Assembly (NCBI GenBank): GCA_023267755.1
Contig: JAHFMR010000004.1
Location: 8,535 to 72,534 of the forward strand
From: a bacterium
GTDB lineage: Bacteria > Patescibacteriota > Minisyncoccia > Phycocordibacterales > Phycocordibacteraceae
Direction of reading: 5' to 3'
DNA: 64,000 bases
The stretch's first letter is position 1; every line of letters starts with the position of its first letter. Shown in pieces: positions 9,050 to 18,791 of the stretch. The translations under genes and the position numbers were made by a program. Under the pieces are notes generated by a model, which was not told the origin of the DNA, did not search any database, and was given only the letters and a program-made list of their open reading frames with translations.

Positions 9050-9610
9050 ATGAACAACCACACCGTCTCGCAGTCGGCATTTGCTCATTTCTTCACCGCC
9101 AACTCTGCCAGTGCTCCGCTCTGGCTCCTCGCCCGCCTCTATCTCGGATATCAGTTTATTATGGCCGGCTGGGAGAAAGTCATAAATCCCGTGTGGTTCG
9201 GCTCGGGCGCTGGCGCGGCGCTCCAAGGATTCATAAACGGCGCGCTCGCCAAGACGGTCTGCGCTCCGGGGGTCCCTGCGGCGGCCTGCCACCCTGATGT
9301 ACAGATGTGGTACGCCTCCTTCCTCCAGAGTGCAGTGCTTCCCCACGTCAATCTTTGGTCAAACGCGGTCGCTCTCGGAGAACTCGCAATCGGCCTCGGC
9401 CTCATTGTCGGGCTCTGCACCGGTACCGCCGCCTTCTTCGCCTTCTTTATGTCGCTCAACTTCCTCCTCTCTGGCACGGTGAGCATCAATCCCATCATCA
9501 TCGTGATCGCGATAAGCATCTTCTCGGCACGACGCGTCGCCGGCTACTGGGGTCTCGATCGTTATGCACGGCCGTTTCTAGAGAAGAGTTTCGGCTCTCG
9601 CAGTCAATAA
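9050..9610 (+). CDS. DoxX/DoxD-family membrane protein
   Basis: RLYLG..F..AGWEK, GELAIGLGLIVG, GLDRY. Confidence 0.85.
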   Translation: MNNHTVSQSAFAHFFTANSASAPLWLLARLYLGYQFIMAGWEKVINPVWFGSGAGAALQGFINGALAKTVCAPGVPAAACHPDVQMWYASFLQSAVLPHVNLWSNAVALGELAIGLGLIVGLCTGTAAFFAFFMSLNFLLSGTVSINPIIIVIAISIFSARRVAGYWGLDRYARPFLEKSFGSRSQ

Positions 9611-9618
9611 TATTTTCC

Positions 9619-10122
9619 GTGGAAAAGTGGATTAGAAAATTACCCCGCTCGCGCGTGGACTATCCTTCGCAGAAACGCGACCAGCTGAAGTACTGGGTCT
9701 GGAAAGCGTACACTCCGCTTCACCCGCTTGTGCGCAATGCGTCATATCGCCTCGGCGTCGGGAGATTCTTATTGCGACGCGTGTTCCCAGAGATGAAACA
9801 GACCGGCCGACAGGATTTCCTCATCGGGACGCTTGACCCCGCGCATTCGGTACGCGATTTCGTCTCGTTCCTCATCGAACAAGGATTCGGAAATCACTTT
9901 GTCGCGTGGAAGGATTCTGACGAGCTTGTGAGTCTTCGGCGCACTGACGGCTTTCGACATCAATATCATATCCGCATCTTCAAAGACGGAGAGGTGCGCT
10001 GTCACTACGAGTTTACGCCGGAGTATCACCCTATTCGCCACCTTATACGCATCGGCTTTGAAGACCGTAACCAGGAGTTCAGAACGCTTATGCAAGACTG
10101 GCTCCTCCCGCTCACACGATGA
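9619..10122 (+). CDS. Hypothetical protein
   Basis: GTG start just after the DoxX stop, in the frame of ORF 9307-10122; stop overlaps the next start; contains QYHIRIF and HYEFTPE. Confidence 0.65.
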   Translation: MEKWIRKLPRSRVDYPSQKRDQLKYWVWKAYTPLHPLVRNASYRLGVGRFLLRRVFPEMKQTGRQDFLIGTLDPAHSVRDFVSFLIEQGFGNHFVAWKDSDELVSLRRTDGFRHQYHIRIFKDGEVRCHYEFTPEYHPIRHLIRIGFEDRNQEFRTLMQDWLLPLTR

Positions 10123-11432
10123 TCCACCGCATACAAAACCTCGAGGAGCTTGCTACTGGTAACGCCAAGCGTCTCGACGCACTCGCTATCGCCGAAGCTG
10201 GCTATGCGGCTATCAACACCGGCGAAGCATTGCGGCGCAAGATGTGGGTGGAGACGGATGGGATTCATATCGGCGGGAAGATATACCCCACCGCCGAGCG
10301 GCAAGTATATTTCGTCGGCATCGGCAAGTGCGCCTTTGACGCCGCAGAAGCTATTGAGGATATCTTCGGCGATCTCCTCATTGCTGGCATTGCCTTCGGT
10401 GTGGGCTCCCAAGAAAAAAGCCAACTCAATAAGATACAACCCTATAGCGGGACACACCCGCTCCCGAGCGAAGCGAATGTGGTGGCAACAAGGCACGTTA
10501 TGGAGTTCCTTTCGGATCGCACGGAAAACGACCTCGTCATTATGCTCATCTCGGGTGGCGGTTCGACACTGCTCTGCTCCCCCTCCGGAGTGATGACCTG
10601 TCTCGATGAGAGCACCCTCTTCAGCGAACTCACCGCACGTGGCGCAACAATTCAAGACATCAACACCGTACGCAAACACACCTCGCTCGCGCGCGGCGGT
10701 GCGCTCGCAGAAGCTGCCTACCCAGCCGAAGTTCTCGCTCTCATCGCTTCTGACGTCCCTGGGAATGACATCCCCTCTATTGCTTCTGGCCCGACCGTTC
10801 TCGATTCCTCGACCATCGCCGACGCGGAAATAATCCTCGCGAAGTACAGTGTCGCCGCCGCAGGCATCACGCTCATTGAGACGCCGAAGGACGCAAGATA
10901 TTTTGAGCGTGTCACAAACACGCTCTTCATCACCAGCCAGGATGCTCTCCTTGCGATGCAGGAAGAGGCGACACGACGCGGTTATCAGGCCACTATCGTG
11001 GCCGACTGCTTCACTGGTGAGGCACGCGAGGTGGGGCGCTCTGTTGTAGAGAAGTTGCATACAGTGAACACTGGCTCTGCTCTGCTCTACGCGGGTGAAA
11101 GCACTGTTATGATTAACGGTGACGGCAAGGGTTCCTCGACTCCGCTCGGGGCAGGCGGGCGCAATCAGGAGATGTCGCTCGCCGCGCTTAGCGACATTCG
11201 CGAGGGAGAGCTTCTTCTCCCCTTTGCCTCCGACGGGCGCGATAACACCGACCACGCGGGCGCGATTGCCGATAGTACGACGCTCGCTCACGCGCACGAA
11301 CAAAACCTCGCCCCCGAAGATTATCTCGCCACCCATCGCTCCTACGACTTCTTTACAACAACGCGCGATGCCCTCTTAACGGGGTATACTGGATCTAATG
11401 TATCTGACCTTATTATCGCCCTTAAGAAATAA
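10119..11432 (+). CDS. Glycerate 2-kinase (TtuD/MOFRL family)
   Basis: GIGK, HPLP, LISGGGS, RKHTS..RGG, SDVPGND, IASGPT, GEAR, GGRNQE, TGSNVSD. Confidence 0.92.
   Translation: MIHRIQNLEELATGNAKRLDALAIAEAGYAAINTGEALRRKMWVETDGIHIGGKIYPTAERQVYFVGIGKCAFDAAEAIEDIFGDLLIAGIAFGVGSQEKSQLNKIQPYSGTHPLPSEANVVATRHVMEFLSDRTENDLVIMLISGGGSTLLCSPSGVMTCLDESTLFSELTARGATIQDINTVRKHTSLARGGALAEAAYPAEVLALIASDVPGNDIPSIASGPTVLDSSTIADAEIILAKYSVAAAGITLIETPKDARYFERVTNTLFITSQDALLAMQEEATRRGYQATIVADCFTGEAREVGRSVVEKLHTVNTGSALLYAGESTVMINGDGKGSSTPLGAGGRNQEMSLAALSDIREGELLLPFASDGRDNTDHAGAIADSTTLAHAHEQNLAPEDYLATHRSYDFFTTTRDALLTGYTGSNVSDLIIALKK
11132..11155 (+). repeat. 24-nt palindromic element in frame in glycerate kinase
   Basis: TTCCTCGACTCCGCTCGGGGCAGG, encoding SSTPLGAG just before GRNQE. 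Confidence 0.82.
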
Positions 11433-11436
11433 CCCT

Positions 11437-11895
11437 ATGAAAACTCGTTCTCAAGGCTTCACTCTTATCGAACTTCTCGTCGTCATCGCTATCATCGGTG
11501 TGCTCTCGGCGGTCGTCCTCGCTTCGCTCAACACCGCCCGCTCCAAGGGCAACGATGCCGCAATCCAGTCAGATCTGGCCGCAATCCAGACTCAATCAGA
11601 GATTTTCTATGGATCCAATGGCAACAAATATGACTCTTCTGGTGGTACTACATCCACGTGTTCTGGTGCTGGCACGCTGTGGTCCGACACAACGATTATT
11701 AAAGCAGTAACGGCGGCTCAGAAAGCTGCAGGTAATGTAGCGGCAGTCTGCGGTTCGAACGCTTCTGCATATGCTATTCAAGTAAAGTTGAATAGTCTTA
11801 AATCTGGTGCCACTCAATTCTGGTGCGTTGATGCGTCAGGGATGGCATCGACGTCACCGACGCTTATGCTTGGTGGTGCTATCGCTTGTCCGTAA
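11437..11895 (+). CDS. Type IV pilin, close paralog of 33035-33490
   Basis: MKTRSQG|FTLIELLVVIAIIG class III signal; four Cys; ATG at 11437. Confidence 0.93.
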   Translation: MKTRSQGFTLIELLVVIAIIGVLSAVVLASLNTARSKGNDAAIQSDLAAIQTQSEIFYGSNGNKYDSSGGTTSTCSGAGTLWSDTTIIKAVTAAQKAAGNVAAVCGSNASAYAIQVKLNSLKSGATQFWCVDASGMASTSPTLMLGGAIACP

Positions 11896-11921
11896 GATTG
11901 CTCGGCGCGTAATCCATAACA

Positions 11922-14345
11922 ATGAAAAACGCCCACATACTCTGGATGAAAGACACCAGTATGGACGATGTCGCTCAGGTCGGCGGCAAGAACGCCTCGC
12001 TCGGCGAGCTTATCCGTTCGATGGTTCCCCGGGGAGTGCGCGTGCCTGAGGGGTTCTGTGTCACTGCCGAGGCGTACTATTATTTTCTCAAAGAGACTGG
12101 GCTTGATGTGTTTATCGAGGAAACGCTTCGCGGATTGGACACGCGCAATCTGAAAGAACTCTCTCGCTGCGGCAAGCTCATACGCGATAAGATGCGCGCC
12201 ACGCCGCTCCCCACCCGTCTCGAGCGCTCTATCATCGACGCGTACACGCAGATGGAGAAGCAGTACGGAAAGAAGACTGACGTCGCGGTGCGCTCCTCGG
12301 CGACCGCTGAGGATCTTCCGGGCGCCTCGTTTGCCGGCGAACAGGAGACTTATTTGAATATTCGCGGAGCTAAGGACGTTGTTCGCGCCACGGTCTGGAC
12401 GATGGCCTCCCTCTTCACCGATCGCGCCATCTCCTATCGCGCTGACAGAGGATTCGACCATATGCGAGTCGCGCTCTCGGTGGGGGTACAGAAGATGGTC
12501 CGCTCAGACAAAGGTGCGTCCGGGGTGATGTTCACTGTGGACACCGAGAGTGGCTTCCGCGATATCGTCGTCGTGAACGCCACCTACGGGCTTGGCGAGA
12601 TGATTGTACAGGGCCACGTCACTCCAGACGAGTACCTCGTGAGCAAATCGCGCATCGGCAAGGTAAAGACACCCATCATCTCCAAGAAGATTGGTAAGAA
12701 CACCCGGAAGATGATCTACGATACTGGCAAGGCGGCGGTCGAGCAGACCAAAATAGTTGCGACGCCAGTCGCCGATACCAAACGCTTCGTCCTCACCGAC
12801 GATGAAATAGTCACGATGGCGACCTGGGGAAAAATTGTTGAGGAGCATTACAGCGAGCGAGCTAAGAAGTGGACACCGATGGATATGGAGTGGGCCAAGG
12901 ACGGTATCTCGGGTGAACTCTTTATTGTGCAGGCACGCCCCGAGACAGTACAGGCAGGGCGCGACTTCACCACGCTTGTCGAATATAAAGTGACCGGCCA
13001 AGGCAAGGAGCTCGTACGCGGTATCTCGGTGGGCTCGAAGGTCGCGGTGGGCAAGGTGCACGTGATTATGAACCCGAAACAGATTAGAGAGTTCAAGAAG
13101 GGCGAAGTGCTCGTCACAGCGATGACCGATCCCGACTGGGAGCCGATTATGAAGATGGCGAGTGCTATTGTCACCGACAAGGGCGGTCGCACGAGCCACG
13201 CCGCTATCGTCTCACGCGAGCTCGGCCTCCCCGCTATCGTGGGTACCGAGAATGCGACGAAGGCGCTTAAGACCGGCACACTGATTACGGTCGACACGAC
13301 CGGTAGCGCCGGCGTCGTCACGCTCGGTAAAGCAAAGAAGATTGAGATGCGCGAGCACTCACTCGGTGCCCTGCCCTCCACCAAGACCAAGATTATGGTC
13401 AACATCGCTTCGCCGGATATCGCGTTCGAGAATTCCTTCTTGCCGGTACAGGGCGTGGGGCTCGCGCGCGAGGAATTCATCATCGCAAGCGAGATCGGGG
13501 TGCACCCGCTCGCCATCCTCAATCTTAAGAAGCAGTCGCCGCGTGTGAAGAAGGCTATTCTCGAGCGAAGCGCTGGCTGGGATAATCCGGTGGACTTCTA
13601 CGTCGACAATCTCGCGTACGGCATCGCCAAGATCGGTGCCGCCTTCGCCCCGCGACCAGTCATCGTCCGCTTCTCCGATTTCAAGACCAACGAGTACGCA
13701 ACACTGCTTGGCGGTGAGGCCTACGAACCCAAAGAAGAGAACCCGATGCTCGGCTGGCGCGGCGCCTCTCGCTACTATGACCCGAAGTTTAAAGATGCAT
13801 TCGCGCTCGAGTGTAAAGCGCTCGTGAAGGTCCGCACCGATATGGGACTCACCAACGTGGTCCCGATGATCCCCTTCTGTCGCACACCGCACGAGGGCGA
13901 ACAGGTATTGAAGATTATGGCCGAGCACGGCCTTGTCGCCAAATCACTCTCCAAGGGAAACAATAAAACCACGCCGGTCTACGTGATGTGCGAGATACCG
14001 AGCAACATCCTCTTAGCTGAAGAGTTCCTCGACCTCTTCGACGGAATGTCGATAGGCAGCAACGATCTCACCCAGCTCACACTCGGTCTCGATCGTGACT
14101 CCGGCATCGTGACACATATTAGTAATGAGAACGATGAAGCCGTCCGCGCGCTCGTGAGCCAGATTATCCGCAAGTGTACGGCGCGTGGAAAATATATCGG
14201 CATCTGCGGACAAGGCCCCTCCGACCTGCCCGATTTCGCTGAATTTCTCGTGAAGGAGGGTATCGAGAGTATGTCGCTGAACCCGGACTCGGTCGTGAAG
14301 ACGCTCGAGCACATCGCCCAAATAGAGGAGAGGCTCGATCGCTAA
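11922..14345 (+). CDS. ppsA: Phosphoenolpyruvate synthase
   Basis: VGGKNASLGE, VAVRSSATAEDLP.ASFAGEQET, GGRTSHAAIVSRE, EENPMLGWRG, SIGSNDLTQ. Confidence 0.97.
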   Translation: MKNAHILWMKDTSMDDVAQVGGKNASLGELIRSMVPRGVRVPEGFCVTAEAYYYFLKETGLDVFIEETLRGLDTRNLKELSRCGKLIRDKMRATPLPTRLERSIIDAYTQMEKQYGKKTDVAVRSSATAEDLPGASFAGEQETYLNIRGAKDVVRATVWTMASLFTDRAISYRADRGFDHMRVALSVGVQKMVRSDKGASGVMFTVDTESGFRDIVVVNATYGLGEMIVQGHVTPDEYLVSKSRIGKVKTPIISKKIGKNTRKMIYDTGKAAVEQTKIVATPVADTKRFVLTDDEIVTMATWGKIVEEHYSERAKKWTPMDMEWAKDGISGELFIVQARPETVQAGRDFTTLVEYKVTGQGKELVRGISVGSKVAVGKVHVIMNPKQIREFKKGEVLVTAMTDPDWEPIMKMASAIVTDKGGRTSHAAIVSRELGLPAIVGTENATKALKTGTLITVDTTGSAGVVTLGKAKKIEMREHSLGALPSTKTKIMVNIASPDIAFENSFLPVQGVGLAREEFIIASEIGVHPLAILNLKKQSPRVKKAILERSAGWDNPVDFYVDNLAYGIAKIGAAFAPRPVIVRFSDFKTNEYATLLGGEAYEPKEENPMLGWRGASRYYDPKFKDAFALECKALVKVRTDMGLTNVVPMIPFCRTPHEGEQVLKIMAEHGLVAKSLSKGNNKTTPVYVMCEIPSNILLAEEFLDLFDGMSIGSNDLTQLTLGLDRDSGIVTHISNENDEAVRALVSQIIRKCTARGKYIGICGQGPSDLPDFAEFLVKEGIESMSLNPDSVVKTLEHIAQIEERLDR

Positions 14346-14346
14346 T

Positions 14347-15552
14347 ATGCGAATCGACGCTCTCACTGCCCGATCAATCCCGGATACGCGTGGCCGTCCG
14401 ACTATCGAAGTCACGCTTCAAGGTTCGACCTTGAAGGCCACTGCAAGCGTCCCCTCGGGTAAGTCCACCGGCTCGCATGAAGCGTTCGAGCTGCGCGACG
14501 AGGATGGCGGCGTGCAGACGGCAGTCGCTCATGCAAACGGAGAGATTGCACAAACAATCGTTGGACGACAATTCGACACGCTCGACGAGCTGGACACGCT
14601 CCTCATCGAGCTCGACGGCACACCGAATAAGTCACGCCTCGGAGCCAACGCTATCCTCGCTGTCTCTATCGCCGCACAACGTCTCGCGGCACAGCTCGAA
14701 GGCATCCCGCTCTGGAGAGCGATTGCAACCCGCGCGGGTACGACTCCGTCTGCACCACGCCTCTATGTGAACGTGATGAATGGCGGTGTGCACGCTGACT
14801 TCCGTCTCCCCTTCCAGGAGTACATCCTCGTCGTCGAGGGGGCGACGAGCGAAGCACTCCCTATCGCCCGCGAAGTATTCGCGAAGCTCGGTGAGAAGCT
14901 CGGTAACGCCCCGATGGGTGACGAGGGCGGTTACGCGCCGACCTTCGCCACGCTCGAAGAGCCGTTTGACCTGCTCGCTCCACTTGTCGCGGAGCATTCG
15001 CACACTTCTATCGCTATCGACGCCGCCGCAAGCGAATTTTATAAAGATGGAGTCTACACTCTTCTCAGCAAAGCATATTCTCCCGACGAACTCACAACGG
15101 TTTACCGTGAGCTCACCGAACGCTTCCCTATCCATAGCATAGAAGACCCTTTTTCTGAAGATGCCGCGAGAGATTTCACTCGTCTCACTGCCGCCATCGG
15201 CAACCCCTCGACTTCGCTCGGGGCAGGCAAAGTACTTATCGTTGGCGACGATCTCACCGTCACCAATCCGTCGCGCATCGCCTCTGCAGCGAATACTAAA
15301 GAGATAAACGCTGTCCTCATCAAGCCCAATCAGATTGGCTCGGTGAAAGAAGCAATTGAGGCGGTGCGGGCTACCTATGCCGCCGGCTTTGTCGCTATCG
15401 CCTCACATCGCTCCGGCGAGACCGACGACACCTTCATCGCCGACTTTGCCTACGGCATCGGCGCACACGGCATCAAGGCCGGCGGCCTCGGCCAGAAGGA
15501 ACGCCTGGAGAAATATGAGCGCCTGCTTGAGATAGAACAAGAAGCTCGTTAA
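14347..15552 (+). CDS. eno: Enolase
   Basis: VPSGKSTG, LGANAILAVS, GDEGG, IEDPF, VGDDL, KPNQIG, SHRSGET. Confidence 0.97.
   Translation: MRIDALTARSIPDTRGRPTIEVTLQGSTLKATASVPSGKSTGSHEAFELRDEDGGVQTAVAHANGEIAQTIVGRQFDTLDELDTLLIELDGTPNKSRLGANAILAVSIAAQRLAAQLEGIPLWRAIATRAGTTPSAPRLYVNVMNGGVHADFRLPFQEYILVVEGATSEALPIAREVFAKLGEKLGNAPMGDEGGYAPTFATLEEPFDLLAPLVAEHSHTSIAIDAAASEFYKDGVYTLLSKAYSPDELTTVYRELTERFPIHSIEDPFSEDAARDFTRLTAAIGNPSTSLGAGKVLIVGDDLTVTNPSRIASAANTKEINAVLIKPNQIGSVKEAIEAVRATYAAGFVAIASHRSGETDDTFIADFAYGIGAHGIKAGGLGQKERLEKYERLLEIEQEAR
15204..15227 (+). repeat. 24-nt palindromic element in frame in enolase
   Basis: CCCCTCGACTTCGCTCGGGGCAGG, encoding PSTSLGAG before KVLIVGDD. Confidence 0.88.
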
Positions 15553-15629
15553 TTTGCATATACGGCGATACCGTTGTATCGTCCCTTCGGAAAGCAGCAC
15601 TTCATAATCCCCCTACGGAGGAACACACC

Positions 15630-17093
15630 GTGAGATATATCAGCACACGCGGGCTCGCGCCTGCAGTACCCTTCTGCGACGTCCTGCTCGCCGGGCTCGC
15701 GCCCGATGGCGGGCTCTACGTGCCAGAAACATATCCGAAGATGACCACGAAGGAACTTGCCGCTCTGCGATATGCCTCATATTCTGAAGTGGCATTCAAG
15801 GTCCTGTCCAGGTTCATCGACGACATCCCGCCTGCGGATCTTCTGGCTATTTGCGATAAGACGTACACCGCGGAGAACTTCAAACATTCCCGCAATGGCG
15901 CCGATCCCAAACAGATTGTCCCGCTTACCTGGCTCTGGGAGACAACGTCCCGTCTCGGAAATCACGGCCTAGGCATCCTTGAGCTCTCAAACGGCCCGAC
16001 ACTCGCCTTCAAGGATCTCGGCCTGCAACTGCTCGGCAACTTGTTCGAGTACGTGCTGGCGAAGCGCGACGAGACGCTCAACGTCCTCGGCGCGACCTCC
16101 GGCGATACTGGCTCGGCCGCAGAGTACGCGCTGCGCGGGAAGAAAGGCATCAATGTCTTTATGCTCTCACCAGAGGGCAAGATGTCGCCCTTCCAGCGAG
16201 CGCAGATGTACAGTCTGCTGGACTCCAACATCTACAACATCGCCGTCAGAGGAATGTTCGACGATGCACAGGACGTGGTGAAGGCCGTCTCAAACGACGC
16301 CGAGTTCAAGGCCGAGTTCAAGATCGGCGCGGTCAACTCGATTAATCTGGCACGCATCATCGCTCAGGTGGTCTATTACGTGTGGGGATACCTGCGCGCG
16401 ACTGATCGAGAAAATAGCTGCGAAAAGCCCATCGACTTCGCTGTCCCGACCGGCAACTTCGGCAATATCTGTGCCGGCCACGTGGCGCGCGAGATGGGGA
16501 TCCCGATCAGGATGCTGATTCTCGCCACCAACGAGAACGACGTGCTCCACGAGTTCTTCCGCACGGGTGTCTATCGGCCGCGCAAGGCGGCTGATGTGAG
16601 CATCACTTCGAGCCCATCGATGGATATCTCGAAGGCATCAAACTTCGAGCGGTTCATCTACGACCTCGTCGCGAGCGATAGCAAGCGGGTCCGGGAATTA
16701 TTCTCGAGCAGTGACGGCTTCAATCTCTCGGGAGATGCGCACTTCAGGTCGTTGCAGAAGCGCTACCCGATGCCAAGTCACGCGAGCACGCACCTGAACC
16801 GGCTCTCGATGATCCGGACGACCTGGGAGAAATACTGCATCTTGATCGATCCGCACACAGCCGACGCAATGGCCGCTGCGAGCTATCACTTCCGGCCCAA
16901 CGAGGAGGTATCGATGATTGTTCTCGAGACCGCCCAGCCGTGCAAGTTCGACGAAACAATCCTTGAAGCAACCAGAGTTGCTCCCAAAATACCGCAAGGA
17001 CTTGTTGGCATCGAGGATCTCCCTCAGCGGGTCGTCGTGATGAACCCTGATCCGGGGGAAGTAAAGCAGTTCATTCGAGACCATTGCGCGTAA
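15630..17093 (+). CDS. thrC: Threonine synthase
   Basis: YISTRG, GLAPDGGLYVP, GPTLAFKD (PLP lysine), ATSGDTGSAA, VNSIN, PTGNFGN, SPSMDI, DPHTA; GGAGG upstream of the GTG start. Confidence 0.95.
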   Translation: MRYISTRGLAPAVPFCDVLLAGLAPDGGLYVPETYPKMTTKELAALRYASYSEVAFKVLSRFIDDIPPADLLAICDKTYTAENFKHSRNGADPKQIVPLTWLWETTSRLGNHGLGILELSNGPTLAFKDLGLQLLGNLFEYVLAKRDETLNVLGATSGDTGSAAEYALRGKKGINVFMLSPEGKMSPFQRAQMYSLLDSNIYNIAVRGMFDDAQDVVKAVSNDAEFKAEFKIGAVNSINLARIIAQVVYYVWGYLRATDRENSCEKPIDFAVPTGNFGNICAGHVAREMGIPIRMLILATNENDVLHEFFRTGVYRPRKAADVSITSSPSMDISKASNFERFIYDLVASDSKRVRELFSSSDGFNLSGDAHFRSLQKRYPMPSHASTHLNRLSMIRTTWEKYCILIDPHTADAMAAASYHFRPNEEVSMIVLETAQPCKFDETILEATRVAPKIPQGLVGIEDLPQRVVVMNPDPGEVKQFIRDHCA

Positions 17094-17112
17094 CCCCTAT
17101 GCGCAGATAGTA

Positions 17113-17145
17113 GAGCCCGCCGGCGCAAGTCGGCGGCTCTTTTTT
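17113..17145 (+). terminator. Intrinsic terminator after thrC
   Basis: GC-rich stem with GCAA loop, followed by T6. Confidence 0.8.
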
Positions 17146-17188
17146 ATATGCAGTGGAGTAAGAAGCGGTGGCAGTGTAAAATACCTTT

Positions 17189-18160
17189 ATGAAAATACAT
17201 TACTTTATGAGCGAGGCGTGGGAGGAGGCGTACGTGCGCGAGCGACTCGCTGGTGAGGAGATAGTCTTCCACACCGGTACACTCACCGCCCACCCGGAGC
17301 TCTCGGATCCTGCTGCAGATGCTCTATGCATCTTTATCGATTCCTCCATCGGCGCAGCCGAGCTCGACCGCTTCCCTGCATTGAAGCTCATCGCCACGCG
17401 CTCCACCGGCTTTGACCATATCGACCTTGCTGCTGCCAAAGCGCGCGGCATTACCGTCGTCACCGTCCCCTTCTATGGCGAGAACACTGTTGCCGAGTTT
17501 ACCTTCGCACTCATCCTCGCGCTCTCCAGGCGCATTATCGATGCCGACGAACGCGTGCGGGAGGGCACCTTCTCGCCGCTCGGGCTGCGTGGTTTCGATC
17601 TTGAGGGTAAGACACTCGGTGTGGTTGGCACCGGCCATATCGGCGCGCACGTGATCCGTATGGCGCAAGGATTCAATATGAAGGTTGTCGGCTTCGATGC
17701 ATTCCCCAATCAGGATCTCTCGCACACGCTTAACTTCCCCTACCTCCCGCTCACCGAGCTTCTCGCGACCGCCGATATCGTGACGCTCCACGTCCCCTAC
17801 AACGAGCACACGCACCACCTTATCAATAAAGAAAATATCGGGATGTTGAAGAAGGGCTCCTATCTCATCAACACCGCTCGCGGCGCAGTCGTCGAGACCG
17901 ACGCGCTCCTCGACGCGCTTAAGAGCGAGCTGCTCGCTGGCGCAGGACTCGATGTGCTCGAGGAGGAGAGCACGATTCAGGACACTGCTTCAAAAGTTGC
18001 CGAGGAGAATCGCTACCTTATCGACCACCCGCGCGTCATCGTCACGCCGCACCTCGCCTTCAACACCACCGAAGCAGTCGAGCGGATTCTCGATACCGCC
18101 GCAGCAAACATCAAGAACTTCGCGTCGGGAGCGCCGACAAACGTCCTCCCCCTTCCCTAA
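17189..18160 (+). CDS. D-isomer 2-hydroxyacid dehydrogenase (D-lactate dehydrogenase-like)
   Basis: RSTGFDHID, VAEF, GTGHIG, LHVP, INTARG, LDVLEEE, TPHLAF. Confidence 0.92.
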   Translation: MKIHYFMSEAWEEAYVRERLAGEEIVFHTGTLTAHPELSDPAADALCIFIDSSIGAAELDRFPALKLIATRSTGFDHIDLAAAKARGITVVTVPFYGENTVAEFTFALILALSRRIIDADERVREGTFSPLGLRGFDLEGKTLGVVGTGHIGAHVIRMAQGFNMKVVGFDAFPNQDLSHTLNFPYLPLTELLATADIVTLHVPYNEHTHHLINKENIGMLKKGSYLINTARGAVVETDALLDALKSELLAGAGLDVLEEESTIQDTASKVAEENRYLIDHPRVIVTPHLAFNTTEAVERILDTAAANIKNFASGAPTNVLPLP

Positions 18161-18191
18161 AATCCGATACTCCCTACGATAAGACTTTTTT

Positions 18192-18791
18192 ATGACTCCC
18201 TCGCAAGAAAAGCCTATTGGGCCGAAGTTATTTCTTTCTCTCGGCCTTATCATCGTCTCGGGCGCGTATGCGCTCTGGCAGAATATGTCCGGCGCAAGCC
18301 AGACAGCTTTGACCACACCCACTCCTCCACAGGATCAGCAGCCCACTTCTATTCAGATTACGCCCAGTCAACCGTATATAAAAGAAGACGATGAAGACTC
18401 CGAGGAAACATCTCCTGTTGTGGTGCCCGTCAGTGCCCCGACTCCGACGCCGACTCCTGTACCTGCTCCAACCCCTGCATCGAAGCCTACGTCAAAACCC
18501 GCTGGGCTGTACGCCGACGGCTCGTACACCGGCAGCGCCGCCGATGCCTATTACGGCACCGTCCAGGTGAAGGCGGTTATCGCCGGCGGCAAGATTATCG
18601 ACGTACAGTTCCTTCAGTACCCCAACACCCGTTCCAACTCTCGCGTCATCAACAGCCAAGCATTGCCGCTCCTGACCCAAGAAGCAATCCAGGCGCAGAG
18701 CGCAAATGTAAACGGTGTTTCTGGTGCGACCTTCACTAGTGGAGCGTTCAAAGTATCTCTCGCCGCCGCGCTCGCTCTCGCGAAGAATTAA
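18192..18791 (+). CDS. Membrane-anchored FMN-binding (flavinylated) protein
   Basis: N-terminal TM, Pro/Thr linker, DGSYTG, and flavinylation motif VNGVSGATFTS. Confidence 0.9.
   Translation: MTPSQEKPIGPKLFLSLGLIIVSGAYALWQNMSGASQTALTTPTPPQDQQPTSIQITPSQPYIKEDDEDSEETSPVVVPVSAPTPTPTPVPAPTPASKPTSKPAGLYADGSYTGSAADAYYGTVQVKAVIAGGKIIDVQFLQYPNTRSNSRVINSQALPLLTQEAIQAQSANVNGVSGATFTSGAFKVSLAAALALAKN

Noticed and set aside
10026-11336. 436-aa antisense ORF and similar long shadows (50695-51810, 27189-28322, 47509-48309)
   Set aside because: Opposite well-supported genes, with no motifs; expected at this GC content.
18420-18500. Tandem DNA repeat
   Set aside because: Ordinary Pro/Thr linker with degenerate codons.
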